This document shows, piece by piece, positions 38,842-50,015 of a stretch of DNA of 64,000 nt. The first letter of the stretch is position 1. Every line of letters starts with the position of its first letter. The stretch is taken from assembly GCA_054600435.1 (NCBI GenBank), contig BAAIJX010000005.1:434001-498000 (forward strand). Reading direction: 5' to 3'. The stretch is from Neophaeotheca triangularis. Lineage: Eukaryota. A program made the translations under genes and the position numbers. Below the pieces are notes generated by a model that worked only from the letters and a program-made list of their open reading frames with translations, ran no database searches and was not told where the DNA came from.

Positions 38842-40304
38842 TGTTGATGTGTTGTCGGACTATTCGTTGGTGTTGCTGGCGTTTTGGTCTCTGTGCGAAG
38901 TGGTACGGTTCTGTAGGTTTTTGTATTCGATGGTAGGAAAGAGATTATCGGGGTAGCGATATATCGAGGCCTTAATATAGGTTTGAACTTCCGTCCTCTG
39001 CGGCAGTGAGCAAAGGTGAGAGGGCGCGAATACAGTTGCCTGGCAGGAGAGAAGCGGCCTCGACAACGGTTTCGCCGTCCTCGATCCCACTGTCCTCAGA
39101 GTTCTCTGGTTCCATTAACCAATAGGATTGCTAAACGGGATGACAGACTTACTAAACTGATAGCCTACCTTTTTGACGCATTGCCTTTCAATGTTGTTTG
39201 ACACGTAAGGGCAGCAGAATAGGGTGCACCTAGTATGAGAATAGAGCCTCCTAAAGATCCTTCAAAGACAAGTGAAGTCATTCACGGACGAATAAGGAAC
39301 GAGAATGTACAGACAAAGGAGGCTCAAAGCTATTGGCAAGTTGTGACCGCAGCCAAGTGACCCCAAAGTAGAGACGGCAGAGGCGGTCATGCCGTTGGAG
39401 CCTTTGAGCAATCCTTTGGCCCCGTTTGACGCAAGCGAGAATGGCAGATGGTCCCTGTAGTGCCTAGAGAGTCTGCCTGAAGTTTCTCCCGGACATAGCT
39501 CAAACAGGTACCGTACAGGGATCAAGAGGCCGCAGAGAGTGTCGATACCGAGTTGGGAACGCCGACCACCCTGTAACATGTGATCGAGAATATATGCGTT
39601 CGGGCATCCTTCCGGAGAGGGCGGGAGGTGTGGTCCTGTTGTCCCTCATGGCCTAAAGGCTAACGAAGCTGTTCAGCCTCAGCGGGGGTCTATTGGAGCC
39701 CACGGTATCCTAGACGAACCAAAGAAGATTGGACGATGGTACATCCGGTTACTCAAGCAGACCATCTTCTTCGGCATTCGCGACGAGCGGTTGACGGCAA
39801 ATGCGATAGCCGTAAGGTCGCTCCAGATTTCTTTCTCCTGTTGGTCAATGGAGCTTGACCGGTGAAGTGACTGGGCGGCTGTTCGGGTGGACTTGCACTC
39901 AATGCAATTAGGCGTTTCCTCCGCCTCGTCTGCACGGCCGAGACCGAGCCGATATAGTGAACCAGCATCAGCCGCAATCGAAAGTACATTCTATGTAAGG
40001 ATAGTGTTGTTGTAGTTGGAATGATTCAAAGGGAGGTAGCTGCTTACCGAGCAAGGCCAAGCCTTCCGGTTGTATATGGTAGGGCTGAAGTTGGATCTGA
40101 ATCCTTCGCCCAACATAGAAACACAAGACTTAAACTCTCCAAGTACGGAGGATCAGATCTCGCACGATTGAGATACTGGAACGTGCTGCCATGAACGGGT
40201 TCGTGGATGAAATGTGGAAACGTGTCGAAGGAGCAAAGGCATAAATTATCTAGCTAAACAACACCCATGCAGATCCAACCGCAACCACGGAATCAAAGCA
40301 ACAA

Positions 40305-40425
40305 AATGGCAGCCAGCCGAACTGGTACGCCAAGCAAATCAACAAGCACCCCATGCCCTCCAAATATGCCGAAAACAAGCGCAACGCAGAAAGCAAGAAT
40401 GGCAGCCAGCCGGACTGGGACGCCA
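40305..40425. repeat. 28-bp direct repeat (26/28 identical) at 40305-40332 and 40398-40425, just downstream of the Argonaute stop
   Basis: aatggcagccagccg(a/g)actgg(t/g)acgcca occurs twice with a 93-bp period. Confidence 0.9.
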
Positions 40426-40485
40426 GGTGCCGCAACGGCAAATTCAAAGAGGTCAGTAAAGACAGAATGGCCGCTGTGAAACGAC

Positions 40486-43400
40486 CTAGAGGTAGAACAT
40501 GATGTCGTCCAAATCTGGGTGCCAGGGGTTGCGGCGAGTGAGACCGTACTTCAACGGAGCTTGCGGGCTTGCGGAGACGTGGTGGTAGATCGCAAGGTCA
40601 CGCACGAAGTCCTTAACTTGATCGGCGTAGCGCTTGGGTCCCCAGCCAGCGTCATTGAGCTTTGCTTTAAAGGTTCCGGGATATCGATGAACAGTGTTGT
40701 CGTAGCTCATGAGCCAGGGACGAAGATAGGCGCGTCCTCGGTCGCAGAGGCGATCGGCGTAGTAGGCAGGAGCACAGTAGGAGACCCCTGTGGTAGAGCG
40801 AGCGTAGACGTAGGAGAATTCATGGGTGACGGCTTGCAGGTCGTCCGCCGAAAGACCCATGCCATTCATGAGGCAAACGTAATGAGCGCTGCGGGCGGTT
40901 CCCTTGATGGCGTTGTGAGATTGCAGGAAGAAATCGAACTTGTCAGGATGCGTGACCACACGCTCGACCACGAGACCCGGCTTTACATTGCCATTTCGGT
41001 GGCGGTTCTGCCCGTCGTCATCTTTGGGAAAGAAACGAACATTGTGGCGCTTGCCTACGACAACGTATGTGAGTTCGAAAGGCACCTGTTGAAGGGTGGG
41101 TGCAGCGCGGTGAGTTTCTTCGTATTGCTCCCACGCATTTGTGAGCTCTCTGTTGTGTTGCTTCTGCAAAGCAGTGATGGGGTTGCTGTTGAAGTCGGCA
41201 CTCGGAGTGTCAACTGGAACGGGCCAGCCATCACCTCCAAGGGGCACGGCGCCAGACTGCGGACCTAGAGGAGGCCTCGTGGCTGCGGTGCCGATGGCGA
41301 GTCTATCGAGGCCAAGAGTTGCCCTCCAATCCAAGTATTCCTGCGCCCAATTGAAAGCTGATTGGATCTGTGGTATTTCGAAAGACTGAAGCTTGTCATA
41401 CTGACTCTCGCTCACACCATCTCGATAGAAAAGCATGCGGCCAGGCAGGACACCATCGTGCTTGTTAGCCCAGTCAACGAGACGCTCCTTGACCATGTCG
41501 CCCAACTCGACGATCTCCTCCTTCTTGCTGCGCTGCAGCCGCATAGACCCTGGAAAGTGCACAAACTGGCTGTCCGTGCTCCCGACGACACCGGCAATCG
41601 AGGGCGTTCCGTCACTGCAGCCAGCACCAGGGTGGGTGACGTCGGCTCCGATGACAATGGTTCCTTGGCGGGGTGTTTTTGGATCGAAACGAATGCTTTT
41701 GAACGCGGCCTCCGTCAAAGTGTGACAAGGTATGTTGGTCTTCAAGGCGTATTTGAGAGCAATGTTGGAGCCATGCTGGGCAGCAAGGTAAGTCCCTTTC
41801 GGAGGCTGCATGCATATAGTCCTGAGACCAAGTCGAATTTCTGCCACGCGTTTGATCGAAGAGTAGACGTCAAAATCTTTCTGGAGCAACACCAGCACGA
41901 CATCACTGCGACCGGCATTCTTATACGCCTTCAAGTGGCCCTCAAGAGTCTCGTCAAACTCGGGAGACCGTGGCTGGTAGTAGCGCCCAATGCCTTGCAT
42001 GCCGTTATTGGACGGCGATGTCCAAGTCGAGCTCTGGCTCGGTGTGCCGAGCAACCCATGCGCTGAAAGCTGGGTACTCAAATTCTGTAGCCAGCTGTGA
42101 GGGTTTGGATGGTTGCTGGCGTTGAAAAACAAGAGTCTGGTCATGACGGGCGACCGCGTGAATTTTACACCCACTAGGTTCCAACTGGCATTGTCGGCAC
42201 TTGGAAACTGCTGCTTGTTCGCGTACTGTAGCGTAGGCGGAGTCAACCTGAACGCGGGAACCCTCATCATATCTTGGCCTACGATGATGCCGTTGTTCTG
42301 CAAAAGGCCGCGCTGCCCATGTTGATTGAAACCAAACATCTGAAGGCCGTTGGAAAGGATGCGTCCTTTGGATGTCGCTGGATTCAGTTCCGCGAAGCGA
42401 ACCATTCCGTTGGTTTGGGGAGGCGACAGCAACCCCCTGAGGCTCTGGAACTCAACGATCTCGAGCTTGTCGCCAGGTATCCAAACCGCACCGCCAGAGC
42501 CAAATGCAGATTGGCGCGATTTCCCAATGTTGACAAAGTAATCGTCCATACAAGTTGATTGTTGGCTAGGATGGAGTGCTCCAGGGGGGTCTTCAAGGCC
42601 ATAGACGCTCGTGAAACCACTTCAAAGCCGTCGTCGTGCGATCAGAAGCCTTCTGATCCTCGTTTTGCCCGATCTTCGGCTTCTCGCTCGCAGCGGCAAT
42701 TTCACTGATGAAGCGAAACTTGCGATTCTCTTCTGATTGATGTTGGACGCCCTTGCTTTTGAGGTCCGCAATTGCTGCCGGAGTGACCTGAGACTTGTCG
42801 AGGTCATACATGAGTCGCACCTTGACACCCTTGAGGGCTGCAATGATGCTCCTCAGGGAGGCGCCCGAGGCGTGCTGTGACCGGATAAAACTGGAAACGG
42901 TGATGTTTCTCTTGAAGAAAGGTGACGTGGTAGTGTTGATGTTCAAGATCAGATTTTCGGTACCAGGTCGCGTCGAAGCAGAGAAACCTTTGATGGCACG
43001 GACCATACGATCCAAGTCTCTGTGATCGTTGGCGGCTTTGGTGTAGAAGCGGCCGTTGCTCGATGGGTGGTAGAGGTCGTGGCGAGCACGGGCTTGCCTC
43101 GTCAGGAACGCATTGAGACCTCGCATCAAGACCGCTGGCACACTTTTGTTCCAGGTAGTGGCACTTCCGTCGTAAAAAAGTTGCGTCATGGGAAGCGTGC
43201 ATTGTATCACCTGTTGAAAGCTGATTTCGATACGCGCGATCTCGAGCGGAACGCCTAATTCATTTTGATACCAGAAGTTCGCGATTCTGCCCGGAGTAGA
43301 CAGGTCGATCTGAGCAAACTGTTGTGTGGACCACAAGAGATCGCCATCCGTGATCCAGCTCGTGGACGGGACGTTGAAGGAATTCGATCCTTGCGCAACG

Positions 43401-43882
43401 GCGTCCATGATCAACAGCTTTTCGGCCAACTTCTTGACTTTGATGTCACCTCTGGGGGTCGCAAACTGGCGGGTCATGTCCAGGGAATAGACCCATATTT
43501 TGTTCGGTGGTTGCAGCGTGAAATGGTTGGTCTCGACGTGAAAAACTTTCGACTTGGCGTCGAGATTGGAAAAGGAGGCACGATATCCAAGTTCAAGGAC
43601 TTTCGCCCGCAATACACCCTCGGAGACAGAATCGGGATCTCCGGGGTTTTCGCGATTACGTACAGCGGCTCGCACGTTCTCGAGAATAGTCTCATCATGT
43701 CTGGCGATTTCGTCTCGATCGATAGCTTGCCCCTGCTGAGCCTCCATGAAAGTGCTTTGAGCAGCCTGGTGGTTTCCGCGTTGTGCGCCGCCTGGCTTTT
43801 GGCCCGACTTCGAAGGTGCTGCATGCCCTCCACCCCATCTCTTTTCACCGCCTGGTCCGCTGGTGGTATCTTTCGGGCCCAT
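40486..43882 (-). CDS. Divergent Argonaute (N-L1-PAZ-MID-PIWI) interrupted by a one-base frameshift in PAZ
   Basis: Upstream frame: VETNHF, GFSASTRPG..LILNINTTTSPFF and LKGVKV. Downstream frame: IGADVTHP, PSIAGVVGS, FYRDGVSESQ, VVVGKRHNVRFFP, FFLQSH..IKGTARSAHY and YYADRLCDRGR. The frames join if one base in 42607-42616 is skipped, giving 1131 aa. Confidence 0.93.
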
Positions 43883-44451
43883 GGTGTTTGAAGTGCACCT
43901 CAAACGAAGGCAGAAAGATGCTGACGATGAGAGAAGACAAGCAGTCCAGCGAGCGAACCAGCGGATATATATACCGACCCAGGAGGAGCACAAGCTTGCT
44001 TTCCGCAAAGAAGATTAACGGGCAAGCTGGACAAGCTCTTCCTGAATGAGATGCTCAGTCGCAAGCATGACGCGCAGCAAACACTGGAAAATTGTATGCA
44101 AAGGCCTAAGGCGTTCACGACAGGGTTGCTTGGCAGCAATTTGCGGAGTCAAAGAGAACGGAAGCTGGGGTCAAAGGGTTCTGTCTCATCTCCGGGATGG
44201 TCGCTTTGGGAGTGAAGCAGCCTTTTGTTCTCTAAGTCTAAAAGATAGCTCGAGTCGAAGTGGACTGGCCGGGTCTTTCGTTAGCCTTCGAGTGACTGCC
44301 TCTGTTTGAAGTTGACTTTGGGCCTCTAAGCCTCATGTACGCCCGAGACCGGGGGAGTAAAAGCTTATCGGTCAAATCTTAGCCTCGCGCCTGGAGTCGA
44401 AAGCATCTGCATTGGGTATCATATCATCTATAGGCTCCTCCTCAATCTCGG

Positions 44452-45261
44452 TCAGTTTCCAACATTGAAGTGCTGCAAATGCATCTTATTTCCTCGTCCC
44501 TGGCGGACTACGGGCTCCGCCTCGTGGGGCAGAGGCGCCGAAACTTTCTCCTGTAATTCGGGCTCTGCGGCCGCAGTCCCGCTCCCATACTCATCGCCAT
44601 CGTTGTCCTCCTCGTGTGCCGGCTCCCATCCAGCGATCTTCCTCAGTATCCGGTTCTCCTCCCTCAGCCCAGCGATCACGCCCTTGTCCCCTAACCTGTC
44701 TTCCTCTCTCTCCCGCATGGTGAGTCTTAGGCTTTGGCTCAACCCCTGAAGTCTTGCCTGCCACTCCTGGTGTACGATCTGGGCCTCGACTGTCTCGCGT
44801 CGTGAGTCGTTGAGTAGCTGCGTGTAATGCTGGTGCAATTGGGTAGTGTGTTGCTGTTGCGCGTAGCAATACGAGCGAATCCTCTGCGTGGCGTCCGTAA
44901 AAGCGTCTTCGTACAGACCCTGCAAACGCAACAGCTCCTGGTGCGTGCTCTCGAGACTTGTGATGCGAACATGCGCCGTGGAAAGAGCGGTTTGGAGTTG
45001 CGAGGCAGTAGGTTGAGAGGGATCGGCGGGTGTTGTTGCGATTGTCTCTTTCTGCGATTGTGCTCGTTCGACTCTTGCCAGCTCCTCTTGTAGCTCGCCC
45101 CAGTCTTCTCGGTTTTGTGCTAGCCAGCCGCTGAGTTGCTCCATGTTCTGCATGAGGGTTTGCATGTCGGCGTAGTGGCCGGCCGGGGGCATAGCGGAGC
45201 CGTCCATGGCGTACACCGCTGCATTTTGTTGCGCCTGGAGCGCTCCGTTTTGGTTTGCCAT
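44452..45261 (-). CDS. Uncharacterised coiled-coil protein
   Basis: Likely start MANQNG.. at 45261, divergent from ies1. Heptad-rich segments (LMQNMEQLSGWLAQNREDW; LREENRILR) and coding-like composition. Confidence 0.7.
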   Translation of the reverse strand: MANQNGALQAQQNAAVYAMDGSAMPPAGHYADMQTLMQNMEQLSGWLAQNREDWGELQEELARVERAQSQKETIATTPADPSQPTASQLQTALSTAHVRITSLESTHQELLRLQGLYEDAFTDATQRIRSYCYAQQQHTTQLHQHYTQLLNDSRRETVEAQIVHQEWQARLQGLSQSLRLTMREREEDRLGDKGVIAGLREENRILRKIAGWEPAHEEDNDGDEYGSGTAAAEPELQEKVSAPLPHEAEPVVRQGRGNKMHLQHFNVGN

Positions 45262-45627
45262 GTTGAGCGGAATGACCACAGAGGAGGTGGAGGCAGTAAA
45301 GGGTGCCCAGTGGAGGTTAAAGTGTAGCTCGGATGTGGAGGTGTCGTTTGTACAGCTCCTTGCCTTCCCGATTAGGAACTGGCTTCGTGCGGCTGCTCCC
45401 GACAGCTGCAGTGAGCCAACAATTGGAAGCTCGTGATAGCAGCCTCGCTTGCTTGTTCGCGAAGATTGTCGAGGCTCTGTCAATCTACTTTGATTACAAC
45501 GTCAGTAGACAAGTGTCATCCCCAAACGCCATGTCGCACTCCAGGTGATAGAACAGAACGACGCGACAACGAAGCCACGGCGTCACAGGGCATCTCTCTG
45601 TAATACGCTGGAGCAAGGGTTGTCATA

Positions 45628-48339
45628 ATGGCTTCCCTCCAACACATCCTCTCGGCGGATCCGGAAGAGTCTGCTAGAGATTCGCCCAAGGGCAATGCGA
45701 CTGCAATGGCCCCGACAAGTGCGCCGCAGCCACTGCCAACGGCGCATTCGTCGCAACAACAGGACGAGCAGAATGTTGAGACCCCAAAGACCAACGACGA
45801 TGCGCCAGGCGGCGACGAACCACAGTACACTTCTACAACAACGAGCACTCGCCGCAACGCCTCGGGTTCCGTAAGCTCCGTATATTCGGGGAACAAGATA
45901 CGGCACTTGAAGAAAGAGGATGGCATACCACTATGGAGGAAGGACATACAATATGACTTCTTACACCGTGTCTTTTACGATCCAACACGCACATTCACCA
46001 AACAATCGGATGGTACGAGCGGCCATACCTTTGCGGATGTCTACGTAGACGCAATGGCCAAAAGCAGCAAGACGAGCAAAATATTGAAAGAGAAGTTGCT
46101 GCAGGACCAGGAAGGTGCCATCTCCATGGCCATGGTCTGCCTCCTCGTCAACGTTGGCAGAATGAATACGACATTGAATTTCTTCCCGGAAATGCGAGCC
46201 CAGCTGCGAACCTACCATTCCATCCCCGCCCTTCAGGCCCACCAGGACCCCACTGCGTACAAACAATTGCAGGATGCTCCTCGCCTGAAGTCAATATTGA
46301 AGGGCGCCACCGAAGACGAGCCTCAACCGAGTACCATGGAGGAGGTCAGAGCGATGTCACGCCCGAGAACTAACCCTGTCAATCTGATCTTCGTCATGAG
46401 CCAGTACGCACCTAAAATAAGCGAGCTGCACTTCCAGCCTCCCCGTGACTTCTTCGACTTGGTGATGCGCAGCTCGTTGAGTAGTGAGAGTCGAGCCCGT
46501 GCATTCCTCTGGCTTCTCTGGTGGTACTTGGAGAGCGACTTCACCTACGAAGATAGCCAGCGCAACCCCTTTGGAGCGGGAATTTACGGGGAAGGCGAGG
46601 AGGGAACCGGAGCACTGCCACTCAAGGTTCCAGCATTTGAGAGTTTGACCGAAGAGCAGGCTGCGCTCGAGAATGTTGATACGGATGACGAACAGCTTTT
46701 TGGTGAAGTCAAAAGGAAGGAGCGTATAGCCATCTTGGCAAGCGAGCCTAGTCCAGCCATGACTGCCTTGAAGCGGGCTCGCAAAGAAAAGGGTCTCGGA
46801 CCAGGTGGCAATGCCGGCGTTAGTGACGACGAGGGGACGGAATCCGGATCCCACAGCAAGCCACCGACTCTTTCGGCCAAAGGCATACCGCCCAGCTTTG
46901 ATGCTGGGAGTGACCATACCCGTTCCCCCTCTCCCGCCGCTGGTAGAGGAGGCGGCTTCAATGCCGTGAATGCAACACCAAAATCAGACATGAGGATCAA
47001 CACGCTACTCAACAACGAAGAGAGCGTGCGAGAGCCCTCTCCTCCACCACTCGCACCTCCCAAGTCTGCACCGTCAGGCTCTAATAAGAAAGGCCCTGGC
47101 CGTGGAAATTGGCGACGTAACAAAGCAAAGCATGAAAATATGACACCAACGTCCTCCGGTCCAGCCGGCCGTACAGGATCGGATAGCTCCCATCATGTAC
47201 CCCTCCTCCCCAACACCTCCAACCGCTACGGCTTCGTCAACGAGACCCCACACTCCTTGCTCCAACCCTCAACTCCCTCTGGTAACCCCAGCGCAGGCCC
47301 CGGCACGAGCTCCTTCCAGACCAACTTCAGCGCCTTCCAACCCGCTCCAGGCTCGCCCCCAGCCCAAGTCTCATTTCAACGCCCCACCTCCTCCGCCCAA
47401 AACGACCCCAACCACGTCCCGACCCCCTCCTACCAGGCCCAAAAACGCGGCAGAGGCGTCACCCAGCACCAATCCGCCATCATCAATCACCGTAAGCAGC
47501 AAATTGGCTGGCTTCTCGACCGCCAAATCCGCAAAGCCCATGCCACGGCACGCCATCGCCGAGATGACGAGGGTCCTATGCTGCGAGCCTGGAAACGCAT
47601 CAAACTACTTCCGGCAGATTACGACAGCGAGGAAGAGGGCGTTAGGCGAAGGAAAATGACAGACAAAACCGAACCCGGAGAGTCTGAGGTAAAAACCAAG
47701 GGCAAGGACAAGGATAAGGACAAGGACAAGGACAAGGATAAGGATAAGGAGCACATCGACGCCCTTACGAAGCAAGAAGACCTCGAACTAGCCAGGCGGC
47801 CTCGCGTGCTAATGGCGGGCCTTGCAAGACTGCCACGGGAGCCGGAAGACGTCGGGGAGGAAGCGAAATCGGCTGCCAAGACACTCAGAAGAGCCAGTAG
47901 GCGGCTGGAGAGGTGGGCTGACCGCGCACCCGGTGCAGGTGTGTTGCGGAGACGGCAGTTGGAGCTCGAGCGCGCGGCTGCGGCGCAGAGGTCAATGTCC
48001 GATGAGGCTTTGCCCGGGCGCTCGAGATCTCGGCAAGAGGACGCATCTATGGATCGCGAGGGTCTGGCAATCTTGGATGAAGGGCGGGGTGTTCGGGCCA
48101 GCGTGCAGAGACAGCTTAGCGCCGGTCATAGCCGTCACGGGAGGAGTCGTGGGCCGGGTGGGGGTGAGGGGCGCGTCGCTGTTAAGAAGGAGGGGTGGCA
48201 GGGTGGGGATGGACGGGAGCAGGAATATGAGGAAGGAGGCGGGGAAGGGGAGCTAGATGAGGAGGATAGGGAGTTGCTTGGGGAGGTGGATGTACAAGAG
48301 AGCGAGAGCGAGAGTGATACGGAGATGAGGGATGCTTAG
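45628..48339 (+). CDS. ies1: INO80 complex subunit Ies1
   Basis: KIRHLKKEDGIPLWRKDIQYDFL, LLVNVGRMNTT, EMRAQLRTYHSIP, KQLQDAPRLKSILK and SRARAFLWLLWWYLE. Confidence 0.9.
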   Translation: MASLQHILSADPEESARDSPKGNATAMAPTSAPQPLPTAHSSQQQDEQNVETPKTNDDAPGGDEPQYTSTTTSTRRNASGSVSSVYSGNKIRHLKKEDGIPLWRKDIQYDFLHRVFYDPTRTFTKQSDGTSGHTFADVYVDAMAKSSKTSKILKEKLLQDQEGAISMAMVCLLVNVGRMNTTLNFFPEMRAQLRTYHSIPALQAHQDPTAYKQLQDAPRLKSILKGATEDEPQPSTMEEVRAMSRPRTNPVNLIFVMSQYAPKISELHFQPPRDFFDLVMRSSLSSESRARAFLWLLWWYLESDFTYEDSQRNPFGAGIYGEGEEGTGALPLKVPAFESLTEEQAALENVDTDDEQLFGEVKRKERIAILASEPSPAMTALKRARKEKGLGPGGNAGVSDDEGTESGSHSKPPTLSAKGIPPSFDAGSDHTRSPSPAAGRGGGFNAVNATPKSDMRINTLLNNEESVREPSPPPLAPPKSAPSGSNKKGPGRGNWRRNKAKHENMTPTSSGPAGRTGSDSSHHVPLLPNTSNRYGFVNETPHSLLQPSTPSGNPSAGPGTSSFQTNFSAFQPAPGSPPAQVSFQRPTSSAQNDPNHVPTPSYQAQKRGRGVTQHQSAIINHRKQQIGWLLDRQIRKAHATARHRRDDEGPMLRAWKRIKLLPADYDSEEEGVRRRKMTDKTEPGESEVKTKGKDKDKDKDKDKDKDKEHIDALTKQEDLELARRPRVLMAGLARLPREPEDVGEEAKSAAKTLRRASRRLERWADRAPGAGVLRRRQLELERAAAAQRSMSDEALPGRSRSRQEDASMDREGLAILDEGRGVRASVQRQLSAGHSRHGRSRGPGGGEGRVAVKKEGWQGGDGREQEYEEGGGEGELDEEDRELLGEVDVQESESESDTEMRDA

Positions 48340-48963
48340 TGTGCAGCGGGTCATGAAGCTCCGGGAAACAGAATGGGCAGTGCTGTCGATGCGAACGAAT
48401 TAGCTTGACATATCGAATTAATGCCAATGGAATTCAGTAATAGGCACTAGGTAATCAGTGCAACGATATTTCACTTGCTCGATGGTCAGTGCTTGGTTCT
48501 AGGCTGCTCATTGGTCAAAATAGCTTCACGCTAGCGACTGGACGCGCTAGTAAATGCGCTAGTGATCAGTATTACTTTGCCCAGTAATCACGACCGACCA
48601 CATCTTCATCGATACTTGCGCGATATGCTCCCGGTTTCTTTCTATGAGATTGTCGAAACATTCCGGTACTCTCACATTGCTCACACATTGATAACGGCTC
48701 CTAGTCAACGGTATCTCAAGACACGACTTGCGCGCAGGCCCAGACGCATTGCAACGATTCAATCGATGGCCGCGTAGAGCGAACAGAGATCTTGCTTCCC
48801 CTGAACTAACAGTACACAAGATAAACACGTAATTCACGTCTCTTCTGAATTCACGTCCTTTGGCCAGTTTACGTGGACGCTGCTCGACTTCTCTTGGCAA
48901 CTCGATGCCTACCTCCCGTTCAAGCAACAGACACTTCGCCCATGGCCTTTGGAGGCCCTACCA

Positions 48964-50015
48964 TTACGACGAAGACCCCGAGGGCCCCTCCGGCTCAAAG
49001 TCCGCAATCTCAAACAACAGGCATGGAGCGCCGATCGTTCGAGTTTCGGGGTCTAGATCGTCGGACAAGAATAGCCTAACGGACTAATTGTGACATATTA
49101 GTAGATACCACTGAAGGCGGATGTAGATGGTGCAAGTCGCTACTGACCTTGATCGTCTTCCACCCGAGTACGTTCCGATGCTGAAAAAGCAAATGCGCCA
49201 CACCCACACCGTTGGGCGTAGCGAGCAGTGCTGTACCAGCATCGTCGGCGCCATCCATTGCGAACACCGTACCAGGCCACTTATCTGGAGCTACGGTGTC
49301 GCCACTGCCGGTTCGAGCAAGCATCTGTCCGATCAGGGCCTTAGTCGTGGTGTTGGCAATGTCGTGGTGAATGACTTTATTCAAGGCCTTTGCGTCCCTC
49401 TTCCGCTTACGGCACTGGTGATCCCACTCGAGGCAGACCACGTCGCTCCAGTGCTGAAGGGGCGTGATGTCCCCCACGAACTTCTCTCCAAATTCCTCTG
49501 CCAGAGCTTGCGCAGCATGGCGCGGTCCGTAGTTGTTGTTGGCGATGATAGTGCCGTAGCTGGGCATGTACGTGTTGCAGTAAGTCGCTCCGGCCAGCTT
49601 GTGAGGGTCAGTATCCTGCGAAAGTACTTGCACGTCGATTGCAAAAATTTACCGTGTACGACCAACTGGACCTTCTGAAAGATTGGCCTTCGTCGGACTG
49701 GAGGTGCGCGATGTGGAGTCCGGCTTCGGTATCCTGCTGATCGACGCCAATGCCTCCTTGCGCTTGCGGAGTTTTAGCGACGATGGAGAGCCCGTTGAAC
49801 TCAATAAGTCCAAGATAAAGGGGTTCCTCAACGCTTTCGGGGTGATAGTGCCAATCCCATGAGGCGAGATCGGCGTAGCGAGTCCACTCCGACTGGATGG
49901 CATTGGCGTCGTGTAGAAGATGCATCAATTTGCGGCCTTTGGTCACAGCTTCAGTCCATACCAGGTTTTCGTCTCCCGACTGGATTTTACTTTGCGCGTT
50001 GTCATTGTCGGCCAT
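48964..50015 (-). CDS. Uncharacterised fungal protein, paralogue A (HWSDVV / TPNGVGVAHLLFQH motifs)
   Basis: Exons 50015-49653, 49597-49148 and 49083-48964, all in frame with canonical introns. Motifs are shared with 51046-52114. Confidence 0.8.

Noticed and set aside
40305..40425. CRISPR-like repeat-spacer arrangement
   Set aside because: Only two copies, a 65-bp spacer, a eukaryotic context and no cas genes.
42566..42620. A 52-55 nt intron as the explanation for the Argonaute frame break
   Set aside because: The phase-compatible donors (GTGGTT, GTTTCA) are poor, there is no CTRAY branch site, and splicing would delete the PAZ W-F-x-x-x-Y motif. It is disfavoured but not excluded without cDNA.
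47704..47749. (AAGGAY)n repeat
   Set aside because: It is a coding KD low-complexity run inside ies1.
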